From: Candidatus Delongbacteria bacterium
GTDB lineage: Bacteria; CAIWAD01
Direction of reading: 5' to 3'
DNA: 64,000 nt
Assembly (NCBI GenBank): GCA_963663545.1
Contig: OY760505.1
Coordinates: 608,001-672,000 of the forward strand
Program-made: the position numbers and the translations under genes
Notes under the pieces: model-generated
What the model saw: the letters and a program-made list of their open reading frames with translations, nothing else
The model's database searches: none
Told to the model about the DNA's origin: nothing
Shown: positions 11,077 through 22,218 of the stretch, piece by piece
Layout of the letters: every line of letters starts with the position of its first letter
Position numbering within the stretch: position 1 is the stretch's first letter

Positions 11077-12348
11077 TCAGGAACGAAGCGCCATGCCGCT
11101 GCCGTTGACAACTCCTGCGGGTCTCACGTGGAATTCCGTGCCTTCCCAGGGGCTGTTGACACCCAGGCTTAGTGCTTCATCACCCTTGTACTGCCAGACA
11201 CAATCCAGATCCAGCAGGGTGAAGGCCGCCGGCTCTCCTTCGGCAATGGTGCACTCGGGCAAGTCCAGCACACGTCGCGGACCGTGGCTGAAGAGCTCGA
11301 GCAGACGTTTGAGCGGCAATCCGCCCTCCTCCACCAGCGCGCGGTGTGCTACCGCAAAAGCGGTTTCCAGACTGGCGCAACCAAAAGGCGAGCTGACATA
11401 GTCGCAGTCCAGGTCATCGAACTCAGCTGGACGATGATCGCTGCAGATGGCGTCAAGGGTACCGTCGGCACAGGCCTGCAACAGCGCATCGCGATCCTGC
11501 TCAGGTCGCAGCGGTGGCAGCAGCTTCTTGGCCTGCTGGAAATCACCTGCATCGGTATCACGCAGTGCCAGATGCTGCGGGCTGCAGTCAGCGGTGACAC
11601 GCACACCACGTTCCTTGGCGGCCTTGACAAGCTCCAGACTCTCGCGCGTACTCAGCAGCTGCAAGTGCAATCGCGCCTCCTCGAACTCGGCGCAGCGCAG
11701 GTCGCGATACACAGCCAGCTCTTCTGTGAGACGCGGAATGCCCTTCAGTCCCATCACCAGTGACTGGCGCCCCTCGTGCACATAGCCGCCCGTCAAGCTG
11801 CGCGCCTGGGGCATGCTGAACAGGGGCAGTCCGAACATCATGGCGTAGCTCAGGGCACCGCGAACCGCAGCAGCACTGGCCAGACCCACATTGCCTTCGC
11901 TAACGGCCACGGCACCCGCCTGTGCCAGTTCACCCAGATCAGCCAAGCGCTCACCCTGAAGTGCGCGTGTCACGGCACCAACGGGCATCAGTGTAACGGG
12001 ATGATCACCCGCCTGCTCCAGCAGGAATCCAACCAGGGCCTGATTATCGACAATCGGATCGCTCTCGGGCATGGCACATACAGCAACAAAGCCGCCAGCC
12101 GCCGCCGCGTCCAGACCGCTTTGGATGGTGTCACGGTCCTCGAAGCCCGGCTCACCGAACTGGGAACGCAGGTCGACGAATCCCGGCACAAGTGTCAAAC
12201 CCGCCATGTCGAAAACGTGATCACCCCGCTCTTCGATGCCGTCGGCGATACGTGTTACAGTGCCCTCTTCGATGAGCATGTCCGTAACACGATCCAGCTT
12301 CTGTGCCGGGTCAAGCAGGCGCACGCCTTTCAACAGGATGCGCTCCAT
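11077..12348 (-). CDS. pyrC: Dihydroorotase-family protein, probably inactive PyrC'-type
   Basis: PGFVDL..xGEPG, AAAGGF, PPLR and SDHxP motifs; follows pyrB; start moved to MERILL; metal-ligand histidines substituted. Confidence 0.85.
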   Translation of the reverse strand: MERILLKGVRLLDPAQKLDRVTDMLIEEGTVTRIADGIEERGDHVFDMAGLTLVPGFVDLRSQFGEPGFEDRDTIQSGLDAAAAGGFVAVCAMPESDPIVDNQALVGFLLEQAGDHPVTLMPVGAVTRALQGERLADLGELAQAGAVAVSEGNVGLASAAAVRGALSYAMMFGLPLFSMPQARSLTGGYVHEGRQSLVMGLKGIPRLTEELAVYRDLRCAEFEEARLHLQLLSTRESLELVKAAKERGVRVTADCSPQHLALRDTDAGDFQQAKKLLPPLRPEQDRDALLQACADGTLDAICSDHRPAEFDDLDCDYVSSPFGCASLETAFAVAHRALVEEGGLPLKRLLELFSHGPRRVLDLPECTIAEGEPAAFTLLDLDCVWQYKGDEALSLGVNSPWEGTEFHVRPAGVVNGSGMALRS

Positions 12349-12364
12349 CTCGTAGGTACGCAGT

Positions 12365-13953
<1,589 letters not shown>

Positions 13954-14007
13954 TCATCCGGCCCGGACAGTGCTGCTCGGGCGAAGTCGGCGGAGGCGGC
14001 GTGAGAG

Positions 14008-14029
14008 AAAAATCCGGCTCGTACCGGAT
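14008..14029 (-). terminator. Attenuator terminator in the pyrR leader
   Basis: Minus strand ATCCGG-TACGAG-CCGGAT-TTTT between the PyrR loop and the pyrR start. Confidence 0.6.
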
Positions 14030-14066
14030 GCAGTGGATGGGCAGGTTGTGTCGCGTTCACGCGCGT

Positions 14067-14101
14067 CTCCCTTGTGGCCTCGCGGGACCGGGTTAAAGGA
14101 A
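14067..14101 (-). promoter_or_regulatory. PyrR-binding RNA element
   Basis: Minus strand TCCTTTAACCCGGTCCCGCGAGGCCACAAGGGAG matches the CCUUUAA...RGUCCNGNGAGGYY...AAGG PyrR loop pattern. Confidence 0.85.
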
Positions 14102-14113
14102 TTGACGGCGGAG

Positions 14114-14123
14114 AGTATAACAC
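14114..14123 (-). promoter_or_regulatory. Extended -10 promoter of the pyr operon
   Basis: Minus strand gTGtTATACT just upstream of the PyrR element. Confidence 0.55.
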
Positions 14124-14295
14124 TTCCCTCCCATTTCTTTTTCCCTTCGCTATCGTTGCCGACCCTGCGGGTCGGATCAGCAACTCCGCGCCAAGCTGTG
14201 CGTGGCGCTCCCGAAGTGTGATTCTCTGGATTGTTGCCCTTGTTGTCCTGATCGTAGGGTAGAATCGAAGAAGGGACAGTCGAGGGGGAAACGAA

Positions 14296-14321
14296 GCAGG
14301 CCCACCAAAAGGTGAGCCTGC
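14296..14321 (-). terminator. Probable terminator after the GH3 gene
   Basis: Minus strand GCAGGCTCACC-TTTT-GGTGGGCCTGC followed by TTCGTTT. Confidence 0.55.
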
Positions 14322-14347
14322 AGAGACGAATGGGCACTGGCCCATAG

Positions 14348-16552
14348 TTACAGGAGTTCGAATTCATTCATCAATTGGGCGGCGGAGCTGCCACCCACGA
14401 AGAGCTGATGTTTGCCGGCCTCAAGACGCCACCCGAGGTCGGCACCCACAAAAGCCAGCTCCTTCACCGGAAGGCTGAAGTGCAGTACGCGACTCTCGCC
14501 AGCGGCCAGGCGCACGCGGCGGAAGTCTTTCAGTTCGCGCACGGGACGTGTTACACTTCCCACCAGATCACGCACATAAACCTGCACGACTTCTTCCGCC
14601 TCAACCTTTCCCGTGTTCCTCAAGCAGACGCTGAAATCCAGTGCCGCAGAGTCACGTGATACACGACACGTCTTCAGTTGCAGGTTGTCATAGCTGAAAG
14701 TGCTGTAGGACAGGCCAAAGCCAAAGGGAAAGAGCGGCGTATATCCCGCATCCAAATGGTGACACGTATTACCGGTGGAATACTGCACTGCACCGCGAGG
14801 AATCTCTTCCAGCGGCGTGTAGAACTCGGCACTGGCGGGTCTACCTGTATTCTTGCGCGCGTAATACACGGGGACTTGTCCGCTCATGCGCGGAAAGGTC
14901 ATGGGCAATTTGCCCGAAGGCGATTCGATGCCAAAGAGGAGATCGCGAAGGGCTGGTCCGGCCAACGTTCCTGGATGCCAGGCGTAGAGCACGGCAGCAG
15001 GCAGATCGATCACTTCCTGCAATGCCAGCGGACGCCCCGCAAGAATCACGACAATCACCGGTTTGCCGCTATCGGTCACGCGTCTAAGCAGCTCGGTCTG
15101 AGCTCCGGGCAGGCGCAGGTCCGCGCGGCAATGCGCTTCTCCACTGAGTATGGCCTCTTCGCCAAGGAAGACAACTACCGCATCGGCCTCAATGGCTGCC
15201 ATGGTCGCCTTGGGCATTCCTTCCAGCGACCGATCCCGGCTATATTCAAGGCCAGGTTCGTGTATCACTTCGAAGCGCCCCTTGGCGTACTCGCGCAAAG
15301 CCTGCAACGGAGTAACAGAAAGCGAAGTGTCACCATCAAAGACCCAGGTTCCCAGCTGCTCCAGAGCTTCGTCTGCCAGCGGGCCGATCACGGCCAGCTT
15401 CTTCAGTTTCTCTACCTGCAGTGGCAAAGTCTGCGACTCGTTCTTCAACAGCACCACGCTTTGCAGTGCACTGTGATACAGCGGTTGCAGTTCCTCTTGC
15501 TTCAGTGGCACTTCCAATGGCCTACGGCGACCATCAAACAGGCCAAGCTGCAGTTTGACCCTGAGGATGCTCAACACCATTTCGTCCAGCCGTGACACGT
15601 CCACTTCGCCCGCAGCGATCAGACCGGGCAAATGATCCTCGAAACAGCGCGAGAACATTTCCATGTCGACACCGGCCAGCGCCGCTTCGCGTGCCGCTTC
15701 ACGCCGATCGGCACACACTCCGTGATCCACAAGTTGACGCACGGCTTCCCAATCGCTGAGCACAATGCCCTCAAAGCCCCACTCCTGTCGCAGAATGCGC
15801 TGCAGCAGCAGACGGTTCATCGTCGCCGGTGTGCCGTTCAAATCGCCAAAAGAGGGCATCAGCGAAACGGCGCCCGCCTGCAAACAAGCCTGGAAAGGCG
15901 GCAGATGCACCTGGCGCAATTCGATTTCGGGAACCGATGTGCAGTCGTAATCGCGACCGCCCTCGCTGGCACCGTAGCCCGCAAAGTGTTTAACACAGGC
16001 AGCAACGCTGTCGGCGTGTGACAGATCCTCACCCTGGAGGCCGCGTACCACAGCGGCACCGAAGCGTGACGTAAGCAGCGGATCTTCCCCGAAGGACTCC
16101 GCCACACGGCCCCAGCGTGGATCACGCCCAATGTCCACCATGGGTGCCATCGCCCAGTTCACGCCGCTGGCCGCCGCTTCCCGTGCAGCCAGACGGGCAC
16201 AAGCCTCTACCAGCTCAGGATTCCAGCTGGCCGCCTGTCCTAGCGGAATGGGCGCAATGTGTTTGAATCCGTGTATCACGTCTCTGGCGATCAGCAGCGG
16301 AATACCGAGGCGGCTTTCATCGCACGCAATGCGCTGCAGCTCATCAACGCATTCGGGCACTACTTCATTGAGCACACCGCCCACGCGTCCGGCAGCAATG
16401 GCCTCACGCAAGTCGGCGGGGATCTCTCCGGCAGCGCCATTGACCAGCACCAGCTGACCGATCTTCTCCGCCAGACTCATCTTCCCCAGCAGCTCGCGCG
16501 CGCGCTCGTGCCTTCTCGTCTCAGTTGTAGATGGCGTTGGTGACACACCCAT
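14348..16552 (-). CDS. bglX: Glycoside hydrolase family 3 beta-glucosidase (BglX-like)
   Basis: SRLGIPLL..DVIHG, RDPRWGRVAESFGED, KHFAGY, SDW nucleophile, PLFPFGFGLSY, C-terminal Fn3-like domain; start set at MGVSPT (GGAG RBS). Confidence 0.9.
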   Translation of the reverse strand: MGVSPTPSTTETRRHERARELLGKMSLAEKIGQLVLVNGAAGEIPADLREAIAAGRVGGVLNEVVPECVDELQRIACDESRLGIPLLIARDVIHGFKHIAPIPLGQAASWNPELVEACARLAAREAAASGVNWAMAPMVDIGRDPRWGRVAESFGEDPLLTSRFGAAVVRGLQGEDLSHADSVAACVKHFAGYGASEGGRDYDCTSVPEIELRQVHLPPFQACLQAGAVSLMPSFGDLNGTPATMNRLLLQRILRQEWGFEGIVLSDWEAVRQLVDHGVCADRREAAREAALAGVDMEMFSRCFEDHLPGLIAAGEVDVSRLDEMVLSILRVKLQLGLFDGRRRPLEVPLKQEELQPLYHSALQSVVLLKNESQTLPLQVEKLKKLAVIGPLADEALEQLGTWVFDGDTSLSVTPLQALREYAKGRFEVIHEPGLEYSRDRSLEGMPKATMAAIEADAVVVFLGEEAILSGEAHCRADLRLPGAQTELLRRVTDSGKPVIVVILAGRPLALQEVIDLPAAVLYAWHPGTLAGPALRDLLFGIESPSGKLPMTFPRMSGQVPVYYARKNTGRPASAEFYTPLEEIPRGAVQYSTGNTCHHLDAGYTPLFPFGFGLSYSTFSYDNLQLKTCRVSRDSAALDFSVCLRNTGKVEAEEVVQVYVRDLVGSVTRPVRELKDFRRVRLAAGESRVLHFSLPVKELAFVGADLGWRLEAGKHQLFVGGSSAAQLMNEFELL

Positions 16553-16572
16553 TTCCACTCCGTGATCCAGTA

Positions 16573-19500
16573 CTAGATGCCAATGTGCAAATAGGTACGG
16601 ATTTCCCACTCGCGACCCAAGTCGTAGCCGTCGAGCGATTCGTCACTGTCCTTGGTCAGGCCGGGCAAGGGCTCGTAGCGATTGGAGTACTCGTCCAGTG
16701 TGCGCCAGGTGAGCTTGATGCCCAGGCGCGAGGAGGGCAGATCCCACCAGGTCGGACGGGACAGTGTTGTAGACAGGTCCACTGCGAGCTGCAGCGGGTA
16801 GGTCATATTGAAATCCTTGTGATAATCGTAGGGACCCCAGTCGTTGACCTTGCCCGTCAACACCAGCTTCCACGCATTCCACAGCAGACGTGCGTCAGCG
16901 CCATAGCGATGTATCACACGCTGGTCGTCGCCATTGGGCTCGCCTGTACCAACGTAGAGATCGGCGATAATTCCGCGAGAAGGCGTGTTCTTCGAGAGCA
17001 GCCGTGAGTGGACTTCCCACAGGTTGCGCGCAGGAGTTGAAGTATCAAAGGCAGCGGTTGTAACACCGTCGTCCAGGAAGAAAAGTCCACCATCCATGTC
17101 TGTTGCATAGTGGCGATAGATGAAGCCCAGGTTACAGGCGAAGGGAGCATCTTCCATCTCGTCTGCATTCCAGGCGTACATCCAGGTGCCCGGCGTGGGA
17201 TCCCAGGTCAGCAGCAGCTCACCGGCGGTTGTCTCACGGTTGGCACGCACGGCAAAGGGATCATCCAGCACATTGCGCAGACGGCCTGGCGCCGGTGCAT
17301 CGGCAGGCATCGGTCCCACAATCGGCTTCTGCCACAGGAAGTTGGGCGCGATCTGCAGGTCGCCCATCATGTAGGTGAATCCCGTCAGCGCGTTCATCTG
17401 GTTGCCGCTGCCGCAGTCGGCCAGACGCCAGCCGGTAAAAGTCTGAATTGCCGTCGGACCACCGTCGGCCACCAGCCCCATCATAGCTCCCTGGGCATAC
17501 CAGTTCCAACGACCGCTGCTCCATGTAACACGCGCCTTGCCGCCGAAAGTATCACTGGCGCGAATGTAATCCTGCATCACGACACCGTCTTCCATGTACT
17601 GGAAGGTATCGTCGACTTTGTTATAGCCTGCCCAGATGCCGCCCGCCTCAAGGCCCAGCGGTCCGCGCTTGGTCTCGATGTGGAAAGTCGCCTTGCGTGT
17701 TACAGGCTCGGGAATGGCGCTGGAGCTGACCGCGTTCGTCTGATCGTCCAGGTCCTCCTGGTACAACACCGCGGCGGTGTAGCGACCAAAACTGCGTTGG
17801 TACTTGGCCAGCACAGCGGGATTGGCACCCCACCACAGTTCCGGTCCCATGGCCACTTTCAGGCCACTTAGTTGGCGGCGCATCTCCAGTTCCATGCCCA
17901 CCGGCGCGTTGCCATTGTACATGTCGATGTTCTCGCCGTAGTTCGCCTCGCGGTACAAGCCAAAGAAATCGCCCTCGTAGCCCCAGTGGTAATGGCCGCT
18001 GCGGTAGAAGCCCGTCAGGTTGAACCAGGGATGCTGCCAGCTCACGTCGGCGTGATGCACGCGCACGCGATCCATGCCGGAAATCTCAGTGGGCGGGCCG
18101 TCGGGCGTGGACACTTCCACCGCGCGATCACGGTTCTCGTAGAAAATTTCGTCGATGGAATTGGTGGGCACGTTGCCCAGCACGTTCAGCGTCATGCTGG
18201 CGTTGACATTGCCCGCGGGCTGCGCGGCCACATCCATATAGAAGGATTCCATGTGGTCGAAGCCCTGAAAACGCGGATAACCGTCCTCATCGTCGGTGCG
18301 GGTTTCCGGCGTTGTGATACGTTCGCCGCCGGTAATGATGCTCTCGAGCTCCACGCGCAAACCGCTGACACGGAACTTCTGCGATTGCTCGGCCACCAGT
18401 GCAGCCTGATCACCACGCGCCTGCGCCACCGCCTTCATGGCGCTAATGCCGTCAAAGTGCGCGCGGATCTCCGCCGCGTCCACACCCGCGCTGTAGGGAT
18501 TCAGCAGGTTCACATCCGCCAGTGCGTAATACGCGGCACGCGGATACAGGTCGTAGAGGCCGCTGTTCTGGGTCGGCCCTTTGGCGCAGAGGCCCCACCA
18601 TTCCTCATTCATATTGTTCTCGCCGGGCGCCAGATCGTGGGGATAACCGCCGTTGGCCCAGGAAGCGTTGGTGTCGTGCACATCGAGATAGGCGTCCTGC
18701 TTGTACTTCCACCAGCCGTCGCTGAACTGGAAAGTGAGGCCGCCGATGGCATTTCGCGCGCCGCCGATGCCCGCCGCGTTCAGGTAGATCTCCTCCCATT
18801 GGCCCAGCAGGTAGCGCGCCTGGTCAAACTGATCCTCGCGCATTTCGATGGCGTTGAAGGCGTCGCAGCCGAATTCGGTGAACATGATCGGCAGGCCCAG
18901 TTCGTCGCGCACGCGCTGGAAGGCGTCGCCGAAGGAAATGCCGCGGTACATATTGGTACCCAGAATATCCAGCTCCGGCACCTCGACCTTGATCATGTCG
19001 ATGTACTGCAGATCGCCGTTGGCCATCGCCACAGGGTGCTCGCCGTCCTGGGATTTGATCAGCTCCACCGCCTCGCCGAAAGCCGAATACATGTAGCGCG
19101 CGCGCAGCAGGTTCTTCTGCTCCTGCGGCATGTCTTCGGTCTCCGCCGAGCTCCAGAAGAGGCCGTAGTTGTTCTCGTTGCCCAGCAGATATACAAGCAG
19201 GCCCGGGGTGCCGGCGTACTCGTCGATCATGCTCTGGGTCTCCGCCAGCAGAATCTCGCGGGTGCGCGGATTGGCGTAATCTGTGCTCGGGACCCAGGCC
19301 CCGTCAATGGTCAAGCCGTAGCGGCCAAAGGGATAATTGATGACCGTGTAGATGCCCCAGCGCTCGTACATGTACTGCACCCAGCGCGCGGGAACGCCCG
19401 TGTACTGGCGAATGGTGTTGACGCCCATGCCCTTGAGCATGGCCATTTCGCGATCCAGCGCCGTGCGGATGAAGTCGTCGTCCTGGTTCCACAGGCTGTA

Positions 19501-19707
19501 GCTGTAGTTGGTGCCAATGGGGAAATAGTCCCAGTTCATGCCTTGTACCAGGAAGTCCTCGCCGTTCACCTGCAGACGCGCGCCCTCGGCATCGTCCAAT
19601 ACGCGAACATGGGACGGCTGCGCCAGTGCGTCCACCAGCGGTAGAAGCAGCGACAGGGATAGAATGCTTGTTTTCAGCAGGGAAACGGGGAATCGTTCGG
19701 GGTTCAT
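16573..19707 (-). CDS. Secreted GH2/GH-A TIM-barrel glycosidase-like protein with a C-terminal probable beta-barrel
   Basis: Signal peptide, GVNTIRQY, LGNENNYG (acid/base), FTEFG (nucleophile); about 600-aa amphipathic strand-rich C-terminus; GGAGG RBS before MNPERF. Confidence 0.75.
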   Translation of the reverse strand: MNPERFPVSLLKTSILSLSLLLPLVDALAQPSHVRVLDDAEGARLQVNGEDFLVQGMNWDYFPIGTNYSYSLWNQDDDFIRTALDREMAMLKGMGVNTIRQYTGVPARWVQYMYERWGIYTVINYPFGRYGLTIDGAWVPSTDYANPRTREILLAETQSMIDEYAGTPGLLVYLLGNENNYGLFWSSAETEDMPQEQKNLLRARYMYSAFGEAVELIKSQDGEHPVAMANGDLQYIDMIKVEVPELDILGTNMYRGISFGDAFQRVRDELGLPIMFTEFGCDAFNAIEMREDQFDQARYLLGQWEEIYLNAAGIGGARNAIGGLTFQFSDGWWKYKQDAYLDVHDTNASWANGGYPHDLAPGENNMNEEWWGLCAKGPTQNSGLYDLYPRAAYYALADVNLLNPYSAGVDAAEIRAHFDGISAMKAVAQARGDQAALVAEQSQKFRVSGLRVELESIITGGERITTPETRTDDEDGYPRFQGFDHMESFYMDVAAQPAGNVNASMTLNVLGNVPTNSIDEIFYENRDRAVEVSTPDGPPTEISGMDRVRVHHADVSWQHPWFNLTGFYRSGHYHWGYEGDFFGLYREANYGENIDMYNGNAPVGMELEMRRQLSGLKVAMGPELWWGANPAVLAKYQRSFGRYTAAVLYQEDLDDQTNAVSSSAIPEPVTRKATFHIETKRGPLGLEAGGIWAGYNKVDDTFQYMEDGVVMQDYIRASDTFGGKARVTWSSGRWNWYAQGAMMGLVADGGPTAIQTFTGWRLADCGSGNQMNALTGFTYMMGDLQIAPNFLWQKPIVGPMPADAPAPGRLRNVLDDPFAVRANRETTAGELLLTWDPTPGTWMYAWNADEMEDAPFACNLGFIYRHYATDMDGGLFFLDDGVTTAAFDTSTPARNLWEVHSRLLSKNTPSRGIIADLYVGTGEPNGDDQRVIHRYGADARLLWNAWKLVLTGKVNDWGPYDYHKDFNMTYPLQLAVDLSTTLSRPTWWDLPSSRLGIKLTWRTLDEYSNRYEPLPGLTKDSDESLDGYDLGREWEIRTYLHIGI

Positions 19708-20120
19708 GGCTTCCTCCAAACAGGGGATCGGGGCATCTCATCGGACCCGCGTGACAAGAATACGGGCTCTTTGTTCGATTCTCGAACAAAGTAGAGGAAT
19801 GGGAGTGCGGAGTCAAGAGGAGAAAATGGCGAAGGAAAAGAAAGGCTGTTGTTTTAGTAGAAGTTCAGGATTCCGCAGAAGGGGGGTGAACGCAATGCCA
19901 GGAAGGAAGCGCGTCCACTGCACTTCGTCAAGCAGCCAGCCTCTGCTCAAAGCCTTGTCTCTTTTCATTCACAACCACGTTACCGTTATTGACGACAACG
20001 CGGCTCGCTCCGCGCACACTCGGGAACTTATGTGCGCCTAGCTTTGTTATAGGGCGCATTCCGCACAAGGAGCTCGTATCGAATCTGGCCATCTCTTGTT
20101 GTACCAAGTCTGAGGCAAAC

Positions 20121-20723
20121 ATGAAGACCTACTCTCGACAAGGGGTGGCGCGGCTTGTGCTCCTGCTTCCCTTTCTATTGATGTATTCCCCAAGCGCCAG
20201 CGCGGCCGAATCCATGACGCTTATACCCCATGACCAGGCAACAATGGCGCAGGAGCTGAGCGCGACCCACGCCCAGCTGGAGCTGCCTGCGGAGGCAGAC
20301 TTTCTACCCACGACTCTGCTTACGCTGGGCAGCGATGGGGCGCTGACGCTGGCGGAGTTGCAGGGGCGAGTTGTTCTGATCGATTTCTGGGCCAGCTGGT
20401 GTGATCCCTGCAAGCAATCGTTTCCCTGGATGAAGGCGCTGCAGGCGCGCCATGCCGAACAAGGCCTGGTGATTCTGGCCATCAACCTGGACCGGCAGAG
20501 CAAGAAAGCGCGCAGTTTTCTACAGGAGCAGCAGGTAAACTTCCCCGTACTGTTCGATTCGCAAGGCATCAACGCTGCGCGCAACGAACTGAAAGCCATG
20601 CCCACCAGCCTTCTACTGGATCGCCAGGGTCGGCTGAGGCTGGTACATCAGGGTTTCCGCACGGAAGACACGGCTCAATACGAAGCCTGTATCACGCAGC
20701 TGCTGCAGGAGGAAAGCGAATGA
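20121..20723 (+). CDS. TlpA-family thioredoxin-like disulfide reductase
   Basis: DFWASWCDPC motif, cis-Pro motif AMPTS, signal peptide. Confidence 0.88.
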   Translation: MKTYSRQGVARLVLLLPFLLMYSPSASAAESMTLIPHDQATMAQELSATHAQLELPAEADFLPTTLLTLGSDGALTLAELQGRVVLIDFWASWCDPCKQSFPWMKALQARHAEQGLVILAINLDRQSKKARSFLQEQQVNFPVLFDSQGINAARNELKAMPTSLLLDRQGRLRLVHQGFRTEDTAQYEACITQLLQEESE

Positions 20724-20956
20724 AAGTGACACCTCTGCAGCGCGGCATGCTGCTTACGGGACTGTTTTGTCTCACACTGCTCGCGAGTGCCTGCGTGCAT
20801 CACGTGGAGCCCTGGCAGCGCGATCGCCTGGCCGAGAAGGAAATGCAGCCCGTGCCCGATGCCCTTGAGGCCGGACTGGACGAGCACGTCTACTTCTCCA
20901 AGGAAACAGCCCACGGTGGCGACGGTGTAGGCGGGGGAGGCTGCGGATGCAACTGA
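20720..20956 (+). CDS. DUF4266-type small lipoprotein
   Basis: Lipobox LASAC, VEPWQR, C-terminal GGGCGCN. Confidence 0.85.
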   Translation: MKVTPLQRGMLLTGLFCLTLLASACVHHVEPWQRDRLAEKEMQPVPDALEAGLDEHVYFSKETAHGGDGVGGGGCGCN

Positions 20957-22218
20957 CTCCCAACAACGGCGGCACGGCAGCGGGTCTGGTCGCTCTGGCA
21001 GCGCTTCAGCTATTGGGCGGAAGTCTGATCAAGGGCCAGGCGCAAGCCGCCGACACGTCCACCTGGACCGTAGAGCACGCTACGCTCGTGTATCGTGAAA
21101 CCGATCGTGTGAACATTGTGGAACCCGTGTTGCGTATCACGCGACCCTTGTCCGGTGAACAAAGCCTTTCCTTGAAAGTGGGCTACGACGCTATGAGCGG
21201 AGCGAGTCCCAACGGCATGCTGCCCACAAAGCAAACGCAGACCTTCACCAGTCCTTCGGGCCACAGCTACTCGGCAGCACCCGGTGAGCTTCCCGCGCGG
21301 ACCTTTCACGACGAGCGCTTCTCCGCTTCGCTGGACTGGGTTCGCCCCTGGTCACGGCTGCTGCGCGGTACTCTGGGTGCCAACGCCTCTTTCGAAACGG
21401 ACTACACCAGCCTGGGAGCCAGCTACAGCCTGGCCTGGGAACTCAATGATCGTCACACTACACTTAACCTGGGTTTGAGTCACAACCACGATACGGTGAG
21501 CCCGGAAGGCAATCTGCCCCGTCCGCTGAAATTCATGGATAGTCCCAGCAGCGAGACAAGCAGTGATACAAAGGACCTCAGCGATCTGCTCCTGGGTGTG
21601 ACACAGGTAATGAATGAGCGCTGGCTCTTGCAGGTGAATCTTGCCGTCGGGCGTGATACAGGCTACATGACCGAGCCCTACAAGGCTGTGACTCTATTGG
21701 ACAGCGAAAGTCAGCCAATTGGCGGCTTGAATGAATCACGACCGGAAGATCGCCTGCGGCATACGCTGCTGGTAAGAAACGCCGTGCACCTGGGTCGTGA
21801 TGTGGTGCACCTGACGGCGCGCTACTACGGTGATGACTGGGGCACAAGCGCGCAGACTCTGGATTTGAAGTACTGGTGGAAGCCCGATGCGCTCTTCGGC
21901 AGCGAAGGCTGGATTCTGCGACCACATCTGCGTTTGTATCACCAGAATGCGTCCGACCATTACCATCCTTGGGTTGTGGAAGATCAGCTTCCACAGTTCG
22001 CCTCTGCCGATCCGCGTTTGGGCGATCTGGATTCCTACACCATTGGCCTTCGCATTGATCTGCCAGCGTTTTCCTGGGGACAGTGCTGGTTCAAGCCTGA
22101 ATACATGAAGCAGAGTTGGTCTCTGGATGAGACAATTCCCGAGGCTCTGCAGGGCCTGGATCTGGTTCCCGACCTGGAAGTCTGGATGCTGACCTTCGGT
22201 ATCAACACGCAGTTCTGA
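20947..22218 (+). CDS. DUF3570-type outer-membrane beta-barrel protein
   Basis: DAMSGAS motif, DDWG, ADPRLG, terminal Phe; located between DUF4266 and apbE. Confidence 0.8.
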   Translation: MQLTPNNGGTAAGLVALAALQLLGGSLIKGQAQAADTSTWTVEHATLVYRETDRVNIVEPVLRITRPLSGEQSLSLKVGYDAMSGASPNGMLPTKQTQTFTSPSGHSYSAAPGELPARTFHDERFSASLDWVRPWSRLLRGTLGANASFETDYTSLGASYSLAWELNDRHTTLNLGLSHNHDTVSPEGNLPRPLKFMDSPSSETSSDTKDLSDLLLGVTQVMNERWLLQVNLAVGRDTGYMTEPYKAVTLLDSESQPIGGLNESRPEDRLRHTLLVRNAVHLGRDVVHLTARYYGDDWGTSAQTLDLKYWWKPDALFGSEGWILRPHLRLYHQNASDHYHPWVVEDQLPQFASADPRLGDLDSYTIGLRIDLPAFSWGQCWFKPEYMKQSWSLDETIPEALQGLDLVPDLEVWMLTFGINTQF

